In this document: positions 27,861 to 37,175 of the stretch, one piece after another
Layout of the letters: every line of letters begins with the position of its first letter
Position numbering within the stretch: the first letter of the stretch is position 1
From: a phage
Reading direction: 5' to 3' (one strand)
DNA length: 64,000 nt
Sequence record: PZ019086.1
Program-made: the position numbers and the translations under genes
Notes under the pieces: model-generated
What the model saw: the letters and a program-made list of their open reading frames with translations, nothing else
Database searches by the model: none
What the model was told of the DNA's origin: nothing

Positions 27861-28311
27861 AATCCACCACTATTAAATCAATATCAGGAGTAAACATGTC
27901 GATTAATTTAGAAACCTTATCCCAATCACCGCCAGCAATACCACAACCTATGCGTGGAATGTAAATTACTGGTTTAAACAAAAGGGTCTCTGCCTGTAGA
28001 TTTAATTCTATCATGCAGTTTACTAAAGCACCATAATCAAGATTAGGACCCGGTTCGTATTGCGTATACAGGTTATAGCATATACCAAATCCTGTAGGAT
28101 TATGTTTAAAAACAATAGACATATCGCCTAATTTATCACGAGAACCGTACTCAGTAGTGGTTTTATCTATTTCTAAAATTTTGGGATAGGCTCTTGCTAA
28201 TTGACCTGCTACGCCAGAGCCCATTGTGTGAAAACAGTTGCACCCGTGCGCAATAATATTACCTTGAAGAAATAGGGCGACAATATCGCCCTTGATATAT
28301 TTTACAATCAT
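27832..28311 (-). CDS. Macro-domain protein (ADP-ribose binding/processing fold)
   Basis: 159 aa; GDIVALFLQGNIIAHGCNCFHTMGSGVAGQLARAYP resembles the macro-domain core motif. Confidence 0.55.
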   Translation of the reverse strand: MIVKYIKGDIVALFLQGNIIAHGCNCFHTMGSGVAGQLARAYPKILEIDKTTTEYGSRDKLGDMSIVFKHNPTGFGICYNLYTQYEPGPNLDYGALVNCMIELNLQAETLLFKPVIYIPRIGCGIAGGDWDKVSKLIDMFTPDIDLIVVDYESTLPASV

Positions 28312-28655
28312 CTAGTACTCAATCCTCGATTATAAGAATCTACCAAACGGTCAACCATTGAATGACAAGCGGCTTTATCTTTCTCCTCCGCAACTGAACA
28401 TTCTAAGGTATTCCACTTTTTAGCATATCGTTTTAATAATGTATCGTTTTTGTATCTGCTTGATTTATCTCTTTCTCCGTCTTTATATGCATATATTAAT
28501 TTCTGCGCAAATTCAGCTTGGCATGCTTTATTTTTCCCACAATAATCCGCGGCAGTACGGTTTACATATTCTCTAATTTCAGTATATGATGTATCTGCTG
28601 ACGCAGAAGCAGAAAATGAAATTAATCCTACACATAAAACCAAAATTTTAGTCAT
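28308..28655 (-). CDS. Secreted/periplasmic small protein with signal peptide (size and position correspond to T4 vs)
   Basis: 115 aa; N-terminus MTKILVLCVGLISFSASASA. Confidence 0.4.
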   Translation of the reverse strand: MTKILVLCVGLISFSASASADTSYTEIREYVNRTAADYCGKNKACQAEFAQKLIYAYKDGERDKSSRYKNDTLLKRYAKKWNTLECSVAEEKDKAACHSMVDRLVDSYNRGLSTR

Positions 28656-29193
28656 TTACTATTTCCAACAGTTTATTATTTTTAAGGTAGTTAGCCTTTT
28701 CTAGGACTTCAGAAGCATATTTAGAACCTGCTTTAACATTCCATCCCGAATTATAAGAGGATATTGCTTTTCTTATATCGCCCTTATGTATATTTAACCA
28801 ATAAGAAAGTTCAATGTATGCCCAGGAAGCTGAATTGGACCGTTTATTCAACATTCTTTTTATTTCAGCATCAGTCATATTATAACCAAGTTCCTTAACT
28901 CTTGCTCGCATGGTTGGCAAATAATTTTGGAACATTCCGTAGGCGTGATGCTTTGGTTTAGATTTTAAATTAACTCCGGCAGAGCTTTCTTGCCATAAAA
29001 TAGCAGCCATTATATGACCCAATCCGCTCTTGTGGATATTTTTGTGTGTTTTATATTTTCCATCCTTAGAAAATTGTTCCCCGAATTGATATGCGTAGCG
29101 CATGTTATCGAGTTGGACATTACTGAAAGTATGCTCGGAGCTATGTGCCATCATTGAAATGGCCAATAGACCAGCGAGTAGTGCTTTTCTCAT
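28648..29193 (-). CDS. Periplasmic lytic-transglycosylase-like protein (SLT-domain motif) with signal peptide
   Basis: 181 aa; signal peptide; ILWQESSAGVN...AYGMFQ resembles the SLT catalytic region. Confidence 0.5.
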   Translation of the reverse strand: MRKALLAGLLAISMMAHSSEHTFSNVQLDNMRYAYQFGEQFSKDGKYKTHKNIHKSGLGHIMAAILWQESSAGVNLKSKPKHHAYGMFQNYLPTMRARVKELGYNMTDAEIKRMLNKRSNSASWAYIELSYWLNIHKGDIRKAISSYNSGWNVKAGSKYASEVLEKANYLKNNKLLEIVND

Positions 29194-29200
29194 GCTTACC

Positions 29201-29662
29201 TCATTGAGTTTTAATTACTGCTTTAGAAGCCTTTCCTGGTAAACGACGACTGTTGATAATTGCCATCCTGCACTGAAGTGACGGGTCTTTGAACTTCGCA
29301 TTAGGTTTACAAACTGTAAATCCAAGCCAAAGATTTCCATCTGTGATTTCTAAACGTCCAGGACGGTATTCAACTCCATCAATAAAATCCTCGTCAATGT
29401 CAGGACGCGGAGGCATACTCAGGAATTCATTAACTTCTAAAACATGGTCTTTTATTTTATGGAATAATTCAAAAACATATGTCTCATCAATCTCCCGTTG
29501 AATTGCGCGATCAAGAAGATGTTGAGAATATTTTAGATGAAACGATGAGACCCCTGCTGCTTTTGATGCCTCACGAATCTCATTGTTAATTTGACGAAAC
29601 TCCGACTCAAAGTGACGACGGAGCTTATTTCGACGGATAAAAACTTCTGTGTTGATAGTCAT
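29201..29662 (-). CDS. regB: Endoribonuclease RegB
   Basis: 153 aa; MTINTEVFIRRNKLRRHFESEF... matches my recollection of T4 RegB; position matches. Confidence 0.8.
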   Translation of the reverse strand: MTINTEVFIRRNKLRRHFESEFRQINNEIREASKAAGVSSFHLKYSQHLLDRAIQREIDETYVFELFHKIKDHVLEVNEFLSMPPRPDIDEDFIDGVEYRPGRLEITDGNLWLGFTVCKPNAKFKDPSLQCRMAIINSRRLPGKASKAVIKTQ

Positions 29663-29721
29663 GTTATTCTCCTCTTAACTGATAGAAAAATTATACCACA
29701 GTCAAGAGGAAAAGTAAACAG

Positions 29722-30042
29722 TTATTCTTTAAATCTAATCAATTTATTCATAGACTTTGTAACTTCTGCACGAACCTCATGTAGGTTTTTAAGCTGTTCA
29801 AGACGCTGCTCATAGTAAGCAATTTCATCTTCTTCGAGACAGTCCTGCGAATCTTCTTTAAGATAACGTGCATAGTCCTGGAAAGCTTTACGGACTACTT
29901 CCCGGAAGTCATCAAGACTTTGAATTTTCTTAGGAGCAACAGATACACGACGAGGGGCAGTATAATACTCATAACCAAACCCTGCGCTTAATTGAGCCAT
30001 TAATATTTTTCCTCTGGTTGGAACACAGCACGACAAGCCCAC
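29722..30042 (-). CDS. Hypothetical protein
   Basis: 106-aa ORF. Confidence 0.5.
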   Translation of the reverse strand: MGLSCCVPTRGKILMAQLSAGFGYEYYTAPRRVSVAPKKIQSLDDFREVVRKAFQDYARYLKEDSQDCLEEDEIAYYEQRLEQLKNLHEVRAEVTKSMNKLIRFKE

Positions 30043-30302
30043 ATACTGGCTTCTTTGAGTTTCGTTTTAGCAATAGTTAACTGATCAAGACTTTCAGCAT
30101 AATTCTTCGCGAATTCACAGTCTTCACAATTATCTAGTGCTTCCCAGAATTCATCGTATAAAGCGTCAAAGATAAGTCCTAAACGAACTTCAGCGTCTTT
30201 GATAGCATTCACTTTACCGATTTTCTCTTCAGTATGTGGTTTATAACCCTTAATATCTTCAATCATATTTGACTTCCTCGCCAGTACCCAAATCATATTC
30301 AA
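30000..30302 (-). CDS. Small helical protein at the map position of T4 vs.4 (Acb2, cyclic-oligonucleotide sponge); true start probably an internal Met
   Basis: Position three genes downstream of regB; size about 90-100 aa; identity by synteny only. Confidence 0.35.
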   Translation of the reverse strand: MNMIWVLARKSNMIEDIKGYKPHTEEKIGKVNAIKDAEVRLGLIFDALYDEFWEALDNCEDCEFAKNYAESLDQLTIAKTKLKEASMWACRAVFQPEEKY

Positions 30303-30480
30303 CTAAACGAATAGGTTCATGAATGCCATATCCCTGAACAGAAATTTCTGTCGTAGGATAAATTCCATCAATATCACCCATATTCCAGGCTTCATTAAAT
30401 TGCTGTTCGCCTGAATTACTAAACCACTCGGCGAAAGCATTTAGCACATCTTCAGAACCTTCAATAATTATCTTTGCCAT
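30259..30480 (-). CDS. Hypothetical small acidic protein
   Basis: 73-aa ORF. Confidence 0.45.
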   Translation of the reverse strand: MAKIIIEGSEDVLNAFAEWFSNSGEQQFNEAWNMGDIDGIYPTTEISVQGYGIHEPIRLVEYDLGTGEEVKYD

Positions 30481-30842
30481 TACAAACTTTCAGTAAAGGT
30501 ACGAGCGATAACGTCGCGCTGCTGTTCCGGAGTCAGAGAGTTAAAGCGAACTGCATAACCGGATACACGGATGGTCAGCTGCGGATATTTTTCCGGATGC
30601 TTAACTGCATCTTCCAGAGTTTCACGACGCAGAACGTTAACGTTCAGGTGTTGACCACCTTCAATTTTAACTGTAGGTTGTGTTTCAATTTCAATTTCGC
30701 GGGCATGCAAACCGTAGAAAATTTCCGGGTCTACAAAAGAGTCCTCTTTAAAGGTTTTAGAAACGATAATTCGTGCTTGAATACCATCTTCAAAATAAAT
30801 AGTACCTTTATGTGTGCCTTCAAGAATTTGATATGCTTTCAT
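30480..30842 (-). CDS. Autonomous glycyl-radical cofactor protein (GrcA/YfiD-like)
   Basis: 120 aa; C-terminal half ...[59 protein letters not shown] with the RVSGY glycyl-radical motif; locally GC-rich DNA. Confidence 0.8.
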   Translation of the reverse strand: MKAYQILEGTHKGTIYFEDGIQARIIVSKTFKEDSFVDPEIFYGLHAREIEIETQPTVKIEGGQHLNVNVLRRETLEDAVKHPEKYPQLTIRVSGYAVRFNSLTPEQQRDVIARTFTESL

Positions 30843-30849
30843 ATAAACC

Positions 30850-31227
30850 TCAATTAGAAAATAAATTTATCCAGGATTGTTCTTTAATTAAAAACGGCTC
30901 AGAATCATATGCCATTAAACTTTGGGTAATTAATCCTTTAAAAGGTCCATCAATAAATTCCATGGTAAAATATGGAATTTTATTCATTAGCCGTGCATTA
31001 GGAGCAGTGCACAAAACTCTGCATCCTTTGAATACACCTTTTTGTAATTTGTATTGCTTGGGATAAAATTCGCTTAAAATGTTATTATTTGCTAAAATTT
31101 CAAAATGATTCACCAATTTATTTTTAATAGTTTTTGGCGAAAAATAAAGATATTCGAAAAGCTGAGTGTCTGTCATCATTGCATTCCGATTACGAAAAAC
31201 TGTGGACGAGTAATACCACCAATGCAA
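30850..31227 (-). CDS. Hypothetical protein
   Basis: 125-aa ORF. Confidence 0.5.
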   Translation of the reverse strand: MHWWYYSSTVFRNRNAMMTDTQLFEYLYFSPKTIKNKLVNHFEILANNNILSEFYPKQYKLQKGVFKGCRVLCTAPNARLMNKIPYFTMEFIDGPFKGLITQSLMAYDSEPFLIKEQSWINLFSN

Positions 31228-31763
31228 CAGTTAATATTACAGCAGTGGTGTACAGTGTCAATATGGACACTATAAATCTTATCCATATCAGGAGATTTGA
31301 CAGGCTCATCAATTATATATAAAATTCGCGAAAGCGATAAACCTCTGAACTTGCTTCCTTTATTACCAATAAAACTGCGCACAGAATCAGTAAATAAACG
31401 AAAACGTATATCATCATTAGAATAACGCGAAAATTCCTTTTTAATGTTATTTGCAGAAATTTTAGCGTAAGCTGAAGTATTAGAAAGAACAATAACTGTT
31501 CCGCCATCATATAACCAATTAGCAGCAAAGTTAGTCACAGCAATTGATTTACCGGATTGACGTCCACCATCTATACGAAGTGTGCAATACTGTTTAAGTA
31601 AGTCTTCAAATGGTGGGATATAATCGTTTTTACAAATTTCTTCTACTCTAGCATCAGAATGGTGTGTAAAAGCATTCATCAGGGATAGATAAGGACCAGT
31701 TAAAAATGTTCTCATTTTGTTCTCTCTAAGTTTGGGCCATTCCGTGGCGCATGAATTGTCCAT
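31176..31763 (-). CDS. Hypothetical protein with a P-loop-like motif
   Basis: 195 aa; GGRQSGKS; C-terminal Cys/His cluster HHCCNINCC. Confidence 0.45.
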   Translation of the reverse strand: MDNSCATEWPKLRENKMRTFLTGPYLSLMNAFTHHSDARVEEICKNDYIPPFEDLLKQYCTLRIDGGRQSGKSIAVTNFAANWLYDGGTVIVLSNTSAYAKISANNIKKEFSRYSNDDIRFRLFTDSVRSFIGNKGSKFRGLSLSRILYIIDEPVKSPDMDKIYSVHIDTVHHCCNINCCIGGITRPQFFVIGMQ

Positions 31764-31892
31764 TTCTGTATTTACCCATTACCGCACTTGGGCTCGACCT
31801 TATTACAGGTTGGCGGGAATCCCTCACAGAATCATGAGGTCCAGCTTGTTCCCATTTTATTTGAATGTAAATAGGCCTATACTTAGGCCTTA

Positions 31893-32471
31893 TTAATTAC
31901 CACGGGCCGCATTAGCAACGGCGTAAGCATACTGAACATTAGCGTCTTTAAATGTACCTTTAGAGGTATCTATTTCTGCCTTAAAGCCGCCTTTAGCCAT
32001 AACATCGGCGAATTCTTTACGGAAAGCCATTGCATCGAGACCTTTCCATGATGATTTATGCTTGGCAAATTCAAGACCTGCGAAGTTGACAGCTTTAGCC
32101 AATTTATTATCAATGACCCATTTACCGGCTTTAGGCACAAACTTCGGGCCTTTTTGTTTAGAGAACAGTTTTAAATTCCAGCGACGAAGATCACTGTCGG
32201 CTTTAACAAAAGCTGCGTCTAAGTTACTAGCAACAACATCTTCAATATGAGCAAATTTAAGTCCGTCAACTTCAATATTTAAATCGGTACGCCAGCGAAG
32301 TCCTTCCCAAGCGAAAGCTTTAAAATCGGAAGCTTTTGTAGCTAAGTATCGTTCAATAGGGGCTGTTTTAGGGTCAAAGCCGTTTCCACCACGATAGTTC
32401 CACTCGTCCTTATTAATGCCTTTGGCCTTTACTACAGAAGCTTCAGCAATAAATTCTTGATACGTTTTCAT
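31893..32471 (-). CDS. ipIII: Internal protein III-like (head-packaged, injected protein) with capsid-targeting leader
   Basis: 192 aa; N-terminus MKTYQEFIAEA (capsid-targeting sequence cleaved by the prohead protease). Confidence 0.75.
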   Translation of the reverse strand: MKTYQEFIAEASVVKAKGINKDEWNYRGGNGFDPKTAPIERYLATKASDFKAFAWEGLRWRTDLNIEVDGLKFAHIEDVVASNLDAAFVKADSDLRRWNLKLFSKQKGPKFVPKAGKWVIDNKLAKAVNFAGLEFAKHKSSWKGLDAMAFRKEFADVMAKGGFKAEIDTSKGTFKDANVQYAYAVANAARGN

Positions 32472-32497
32472 TTTTGTTCCTATTGTTTTAATTCATG

Positions 32498-32812
32498 TTA
32501 TTCTTTAGGGAAGTTTTTAGAGTATGCGTCATAAAGTTTATTACCAATACGACGGAAGACTCTAGCTGCAAAACGGTTTTCAGGGTTTTTAATCATGATT
32601 TGCATCATGTAAGTTCCTGCATCCGAAAGAGCTTCTTCATAGTACCCATTAATTTCTTTAAGAGTCCTACGTTTACCACCAGGACCATCAACAGTAATTT
32701 TCCATTTACCTGTAGAAGTGCGGCTCGGTGGCTCAACTTGTTCAATCCAAATATAACCACCTTCAACGCGTTGGTTGGCGGATTCTGCAATAAATTCTTT
32801 ATATGTTTTCAT
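32498..32812 (-). CDS. ipII: Internal protein II-like with capsid-targeting leader
   Basis: 104 aa; N-terminus MKTYKEFIAES. Confidence 0.7.
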   Translation of the reverse strand: MKTYKEFIAESANQRVEGGYIWIEQVEPPSRTSTGKWKITVDGPGGKRRTLKEINGYYEEALSDAGTYMMQIMIKNPENRFAARVFRRIGNKLYDAYSKNFPKE

Positions 32813-32834
32813 TTTTGTTTCCTTATTTGTTTTG

Positions 32835-32880
32835 ATAGAGTAATTATACCATATTAATACTTAAGCGTAAACTGTTTAAG
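32835..32880 (-). promoter_or_regulatory. Early promoter (minus strand GTTTACG ... TATAAT)
   Basis: Plus strand gagtaattataccat...cgtaaac. Confidence 0.4.
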
Positions 32881-33136
32881 CTTTACCGCCAGAAATAATT
32901 CCGAAGGTGTTAAAATCATATCCAATATCGTCAACATCTACTTTAGGGCTTGCTACAACGTAAGCAATTTCACTACGTTTTGCATAGGTGTTTATTTCTC
33001 TACCATCGCCGCCTAGGAAAGAATACCCATTACGTTTTAATGAGCCAAAATCTTCGGCATCACCAACGAAAGCTTTAACTTTAAATTTGGGGCCTTTGAC
33101 ATCTGCTTCAGCGATAAATTCTTGATACATTTTCAT
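32876..33136 (-). CDS. Additional internal-protein-like ORF with capsid-targeting leader
   Basis: Starts MKMYQEFIAEA after a GGAGGA Shine-Dalgarno; about 87 aa. Confidence 0.6.
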   Translation of the reverse strand: MKMYQEFIAEADVKGPKFKVKAFVGDAEDFGSLKRNGYSFLGGDGREINTYAKRSEIAYVVASPKVDVDDIGYDFNTFGIISGGKA

Positions 33137-33154
33137 TTTTCCTCCAAGTAGTTG

Positions 33155-33200
33155 ATGAATGTATAGTATCAAAGTCCTTGGAGGAAGTAAACACTATTTT
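33155..33200 (-). promoter_or_regulatory. T4-type early promoter
   Basis: gttgatgaatgtatagtatca...agtaaac. Confidence 0.45.
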
Positions 33201-33475
33201 TCTGAAGCGCCTGAAATATATTTTTCAAGACGTTGTTTCATTAGCGAGCCGTTCTTAGCGATTTCTTCCGGTTTATCGCACATACGCAACAAGGCTTCAA
33301 GCTTAACGATATCGCTGGTACGTTCAAATTTGCGAGTATCTATCTTACTAGCAAGTTCAGAAATACGTGCTAATAGACTTTCAGCTTCAACCAAAGCTGC
33401 ACCTAGCTTAGTTGCAAATGTGTCGGTAGCTTCGTTAAGAATAGATTCCGATAAAAATTCACTATATGTTTTCAT
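33194..33475 (-). CDS. Additional internal-protein-like ORF with variant capsid-targeting leader
   Basis: 93 aa; N-terminus MKTYSEFLSES. Confidence 0.55.
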   Translation of the reverse strand: MKTYSEFLSESILNEATDTFATKLGAALVEAESLLARISELASKIDTRKFERTSDIVKLEALLRMCDKPEEIAKNGSLMKQRLEKYISGASEK

Positions 33476-33485
33476 ATATACGCTT

Positions 33486-34010
<525 letters not shown>

Positions 34011-34466
34011 TTAAAAGAGGTTGTTCATTATTCGGTAAAGTGAAGGACCCATCACATATTGCCACTGAGTACGAGGAATAAGAGCAAAAGCGTCCATCTC
34101 TGGAATCATAACACCATCTTTATTTTCAAAATAAGACTCGCAATGGCAATTTCTAAACATCTCATGCTCTACTGGAATCGTATAATAAAACAGCTGTAAG
34201 TCTTTATTACTAGAATATTTAAATACACCTAGGTCTTCTAGAAGGTCTGGATTATAATTGCTAAAACCAGTCTCTTCTAAACATTCTCTTCGTGCTGCAT
34301 CTAGTGCGCTTAAATCAGAACTTTCTACACGCCCCTTTGGAATATCCCAGCGATGTGCCATCATTCCAGGCTTACGAGAACCAGTAACTCGTCCCATAAA
34401 TAAATCTTTATCTTCTGTCATAAAGATAATACCAGCTGATAGTGTTTTCATTTTAATTTCCTGCAT
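34011..34466 (-). CDS. nudE: Nudix hydrolase
   Basis: 151 aa; Nudix box GRVESSDLSALDAARRECLEETG. Confidence 0.8.
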   Translation of the reverse strand: MQEIKMKTLSAGIIFMTEDKDLFMGRVTGSRKPGMMAHRWDIPKGRVESSDLSALDAARRECLEETGFSNYNPDLLEDLGVFKYSSNKDLQLFYYTIPVEHEMFRNCHCESYFENKDGVMIPEMDAFALIPRTQWQYVMGPSLYRIMNNLF

Positions 34467-34936
34467 TCAGTAATAAAGTTATTTAAATTTTGAGTATATT
34501 TCTTTTCATCAAAAATCTTTTGCTGCCTACGTAACCGCCATGGCATTTCAATGAACATGTACCATATTCCTGATAGTATTGCTGCTGTAAAAATATTAAC
34601 AAGTATGGTTAAAAGAGCCCAATCTCCTATTCTGTCCATTGGATTTTTTATAAAAAAGTAAAACACAAACGATGATATAGGAAGACTAATGATATACCAC
34701 AGAATCATAATCTTATCTGTGAACCAATCAGCGTTAGTTAATTTAGCGCGACCGTTTCGAATACACACGAATTTATCATCTGTCGCAGTAGATGGCTTAA
34801 CTGGTTGATATCCCATTCTAAACTCCCTAATTAATCGTTTCTTTGTATCTTCAGAACAGCCACTCCAGTCAACTCTATCGACTGAAATGCCATCGTCCCC
34901 ATCATCTAAATCATACCAGCGAGTTTTTAAAATCAT
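34448..34936 (-). CDS. Membrane protein
   Basis: 162 aa; two or three hydrophobic helices. Confidence 0.5.
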   Translation of the reverse strand: MILKTRWYDLDDGDDGISVDRVDWSGCSEDTKKRLIREFRMGYQPVKPSTATDDKFVCIRNGRAKLTNADWFTDKIMILWYIISLPISSFVFYFFIKNPMDRIGDWALLTILVNIFTAAILSGIWYMFIEMPWRLRRQQKIFDEKKYTQNLNNFITECRKLK

Positions 34937-35295
34937 TTGATTTTCCTACAATCACTCACAAACTCTTCCATTGATTCTTTTTCAATATAAGACATGTAGT
35001 TATTATATTCCTTTAATTGTATTTTGTAATCCTTTTTTCTTTGCCAATTTATTTTAAAATTATCATAATGAAAATATAACATGGTACCAAAGAATGAAAA
35101 TAATGAAATCGCTATAGTATAACGAAGTTCACTCCAAACCTCTGTTATAATTACTGTGCCGTCGATGTTTAAAATAAAACAGTCAATTAGCAATCCAATA
35201 AGACTACCCGCAAGAGCTGCAAATACTGACACAGCAAGAATTAATAGCGCCTCGGGAAACGAATATTTGACTTTATTTAGTTTTGGCTTTTGCAT
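34933..35295 (-). CDS. Membrane protein
   Basis: 120 aa; two hydrophobic helices. Confidence 0.5.
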   Translation of the reverse strand: MQKPKLNKVKYSFPEALLILAVSVFAALAGSLIGLLIDCFILNIDGTVIITEVWSELRYTIAISLFSFFGTMLYFHYDNFKINWQRKKDYKIQLKEYNNYMSYIEKESMEEFVSDCRKIK

Positions 35296-35690
35296 CGTGA
35301 TTCCTTAACAAATTTCATAATTTCATTAAATTCATACATATTTAGTTTAAGCTGATGTTCCTTTTTAATCTTTTTGCATTGGGCTTTCCATTCGCGTACG
35401 CGTTTACGATAATGTCTTCCTTGATACCAGTATCCTACCCAATTTACAGGTACTAATAAAAATGGAACTACAAATGGAAGAATTAATACGAACAGAAATA
35501 TTACGCCAGATTCAATATCAGTCATAAAGTCTATAACCATTCCAGCAATCAATAGAATTACAAATGATATAGCTGTCACAGGACCTATTAATATATCAGT
35601 AGGAATTAGCTGGCGCTTTAATTCATACTTCACAGGTTTACTTGGAAGGTATAGTGATGGCTTTGACATATTCTCTACATTCCTTAACAA
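35277..35690 (-). CDS. Membrane protein
   Basis: 137 aa; two hydrophobic helices and basic C-terminus. Confidence 0.5.
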   Translation of the reverse strand: MLRNVENMSKPSLYLPSKPVKYELKRQLIPTDILIGPVTAISFVILLIAGMVIDFMTDIESGVIFLFVLILPFVVPFLLVPVNWVGYWYQGRHYRKRVREWKAQCKKIKKEHQLKLNMYEFNEIMKFVKESRCKSQN

Positions 35691-36246
35691 ATTTTTCTAA
35701 TAATAAATCGCTTTCAAAATTAGGATTTTCCACGAATTTATCAAAAAGATCATCAACAATAGTCAAGATATTCTTTTTACTAAGAATACGTTTATTTTCA
35801 TGTTTTGTTTCAGAATCAACTATAAGAGTAAAGAAATATTTCTTTCCCTGAAATTTTACCGTAGTATCAATATAGAACAAATTTGACTTTTGTAAATTAC
35901 GTTTAAACCATGCGTCACTTAAACTATAAACGCCAAGATAATCATAATCGTCATTTAAATAACAAACTGTCCATTCAGGAGAAATGAAATCAGTAAATTC
36001 AACATCAAAATCACATGTCAATGAATGAATTGATTCAATACTTTTAATGAGTATTCCAGGACGTATTAAAGACTTTTTACCTCTACAAAATCTTCCAGAA
36101 AGGCTTTCATCAGTTTCATATGAAGACCCCCAATAATAATTACGTCCTTCTGCCATGCGTTTAAGAGCATTTAGTAATTGGTCTGGAACATCAACTTGTC
36201 TTTGGAACTCTTCAAACATTGAATTGAAATCACTTTGCATTTTCAT
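35638..36246 (-). CDS. Hypothetical protein
   Basis: 202-aa ORF. Confidence 0.5.
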   Translation of the reverse strand: MKMQSDFNSMFEEFQRQVDVPDQLLNALKRMAEGRNYYWGSSYETDESLSGRFCRGKKSLIRPGILIKSIESIHSLTCDFDVEFTDFISPEWTVCYLNDDYDYLGVYSLSDAWFKRNLQKSNLFYIDTTVKFQGKKYFFTLIVDSETKHENKRILSKKNILTIVDDLFDKFVENPNFESDLLLEKFVKECREYVKAITIPSK

Positions 36247-36266
36247 TCCTATTTACTCCAAGTAAT

Positions 36267-36283
36267 AGGGGCCGAAGCCCCTT
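36267..36283 (-). terminator. Stem-loop with CGAA tetraloop
   Basis: aggggccgaagcccctt. Confidence 0.4.
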
Positions 36284-36287
36284 ATCA

Positions 36288-36881
36288 TTATTTCAGAGAA
36301 TTAATGTATTCCTGAACATCGGCAGAGGTAGTTTCAACCCCGGAAATATTACCGTTAAAGGTTTCAACTCGAGCAAGGGTATCTTCAATATCAACCTTAG
36401 TCAGCGCTGCAATTTCAACTACATCATCTGCAGTACTAATTCCAAGGGCATTTGCTGCACGAGTTTCACGGATATATTCCAATTTAACTGCAAGTTCTTG
36501 ACGAGCATCATCTAACTCAACTACTTTCTTGGCGATTTCAATTCGCATTTCAGCATAACCGTCAGCTTTAGTAGTCAACTGCTCAGCTGTTCGACGATAT
36601 AGCAAGCCGAGTTTAGCGTGCATTGTTACATCTTGACCTTCAGAAAGAAGTTTACGAATTTCACGCTCTTTTGATTCGGCTTGTCGATTCTTTTCAATAA
36701 CAAGTTCACGAATACGTTTTTCTTCATTAATAGATTTAACAGAAGCAGTTTTTAAGTCTTTAATCTTATCAAGTAGTTTTGCTGCTGCAGCAGTATACTG
36801 TTCTTCAACAGATAGATTTTTAGCCATAGCAGAACCAAGTTTAGTGCGAATAAACTCAACAATTTTCTTCAGTGTGTTCAT
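36288..36881 (-). CDS. Coiled-coil protein (possibly PspA/IM30-like)
   Basis: 197 aa; continuous heptad-like charged sequence. Confidence 0.4.
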   Translation of the reverse strand: MNTLKKIVEFIRTKLGSAMAKNLSVEEQYTAAAAKLLDKIKDLKTASVKSINEEKRIRELVIEKNRQAESKEREIRKLLSEGQDVTMHAKLGLLYRRTAEQLTTKADGYAEMRIEIAKKVVELDDARQELAVKLEYIRETRAANALGISTADDVVEIAALTKVDIEDTLARVETFNGNISGVETTSADVQEYINSLK

Positions 36882-36924
36882 AGTATTTCCTTAGGTTAAT
36901 TGAGATTTAAAATCCGTGGGAGTA

Positions 36925-37101
36925 TTATACTCCAAAGAGTTTATAAACTATTTCGACATCGCCTTTTGCTGCTTTATAACCTTCAGCCCAAGATACAACC
37001 GAGTTTTTATCTGAAGATTCAAAGTCAGGCATTGGACTTTCACCAATATTCACACAATATGTTTCTTCATTTTCATCGAACCAAATAATTAAAGTAGTCA
37101 T
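36925..37101 (-). CDS. Small acidic ORF (58 aa, below the ORF-track cutoff)
   Basis: ATG preceded by GGAGTAAACAAA; hand translation MTTLIIWFDENEETYCVNIGESPMPDFESSDKNSVVSWAEGYKAAKGDVEIVYKLFGV. Confidence 0.4.
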   Translation of the reverse strand: MTTLIIWFDENEETYCVNIGESPMPDFESSDKNSVVSWAEGYKAAKGDVEIVYKLFGV

Positions 37102-37127
37102 TTTGTTTACTCCTCTGTGGTTGATAA

Positions 37128-37175
37128 GTCTATAGTATCACCATCCTTGGTGCTTGTACATCATTATTTTAATTT
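37128..37175 (-). promoter_or_regulatory. Promoter-like element carrying the CCAAGGATGG motif next to TGATACTAT (minus strand)
   Basis: Motif recurs at 15562, 18987 and 37151. Confidence 0.3.

Noticed and set aside
32605-32790. 61-aa minus-strand ORF within the internal protein II-like gene
   Set aside because: Alternative frame inside a gene with a conserved targeting leader.
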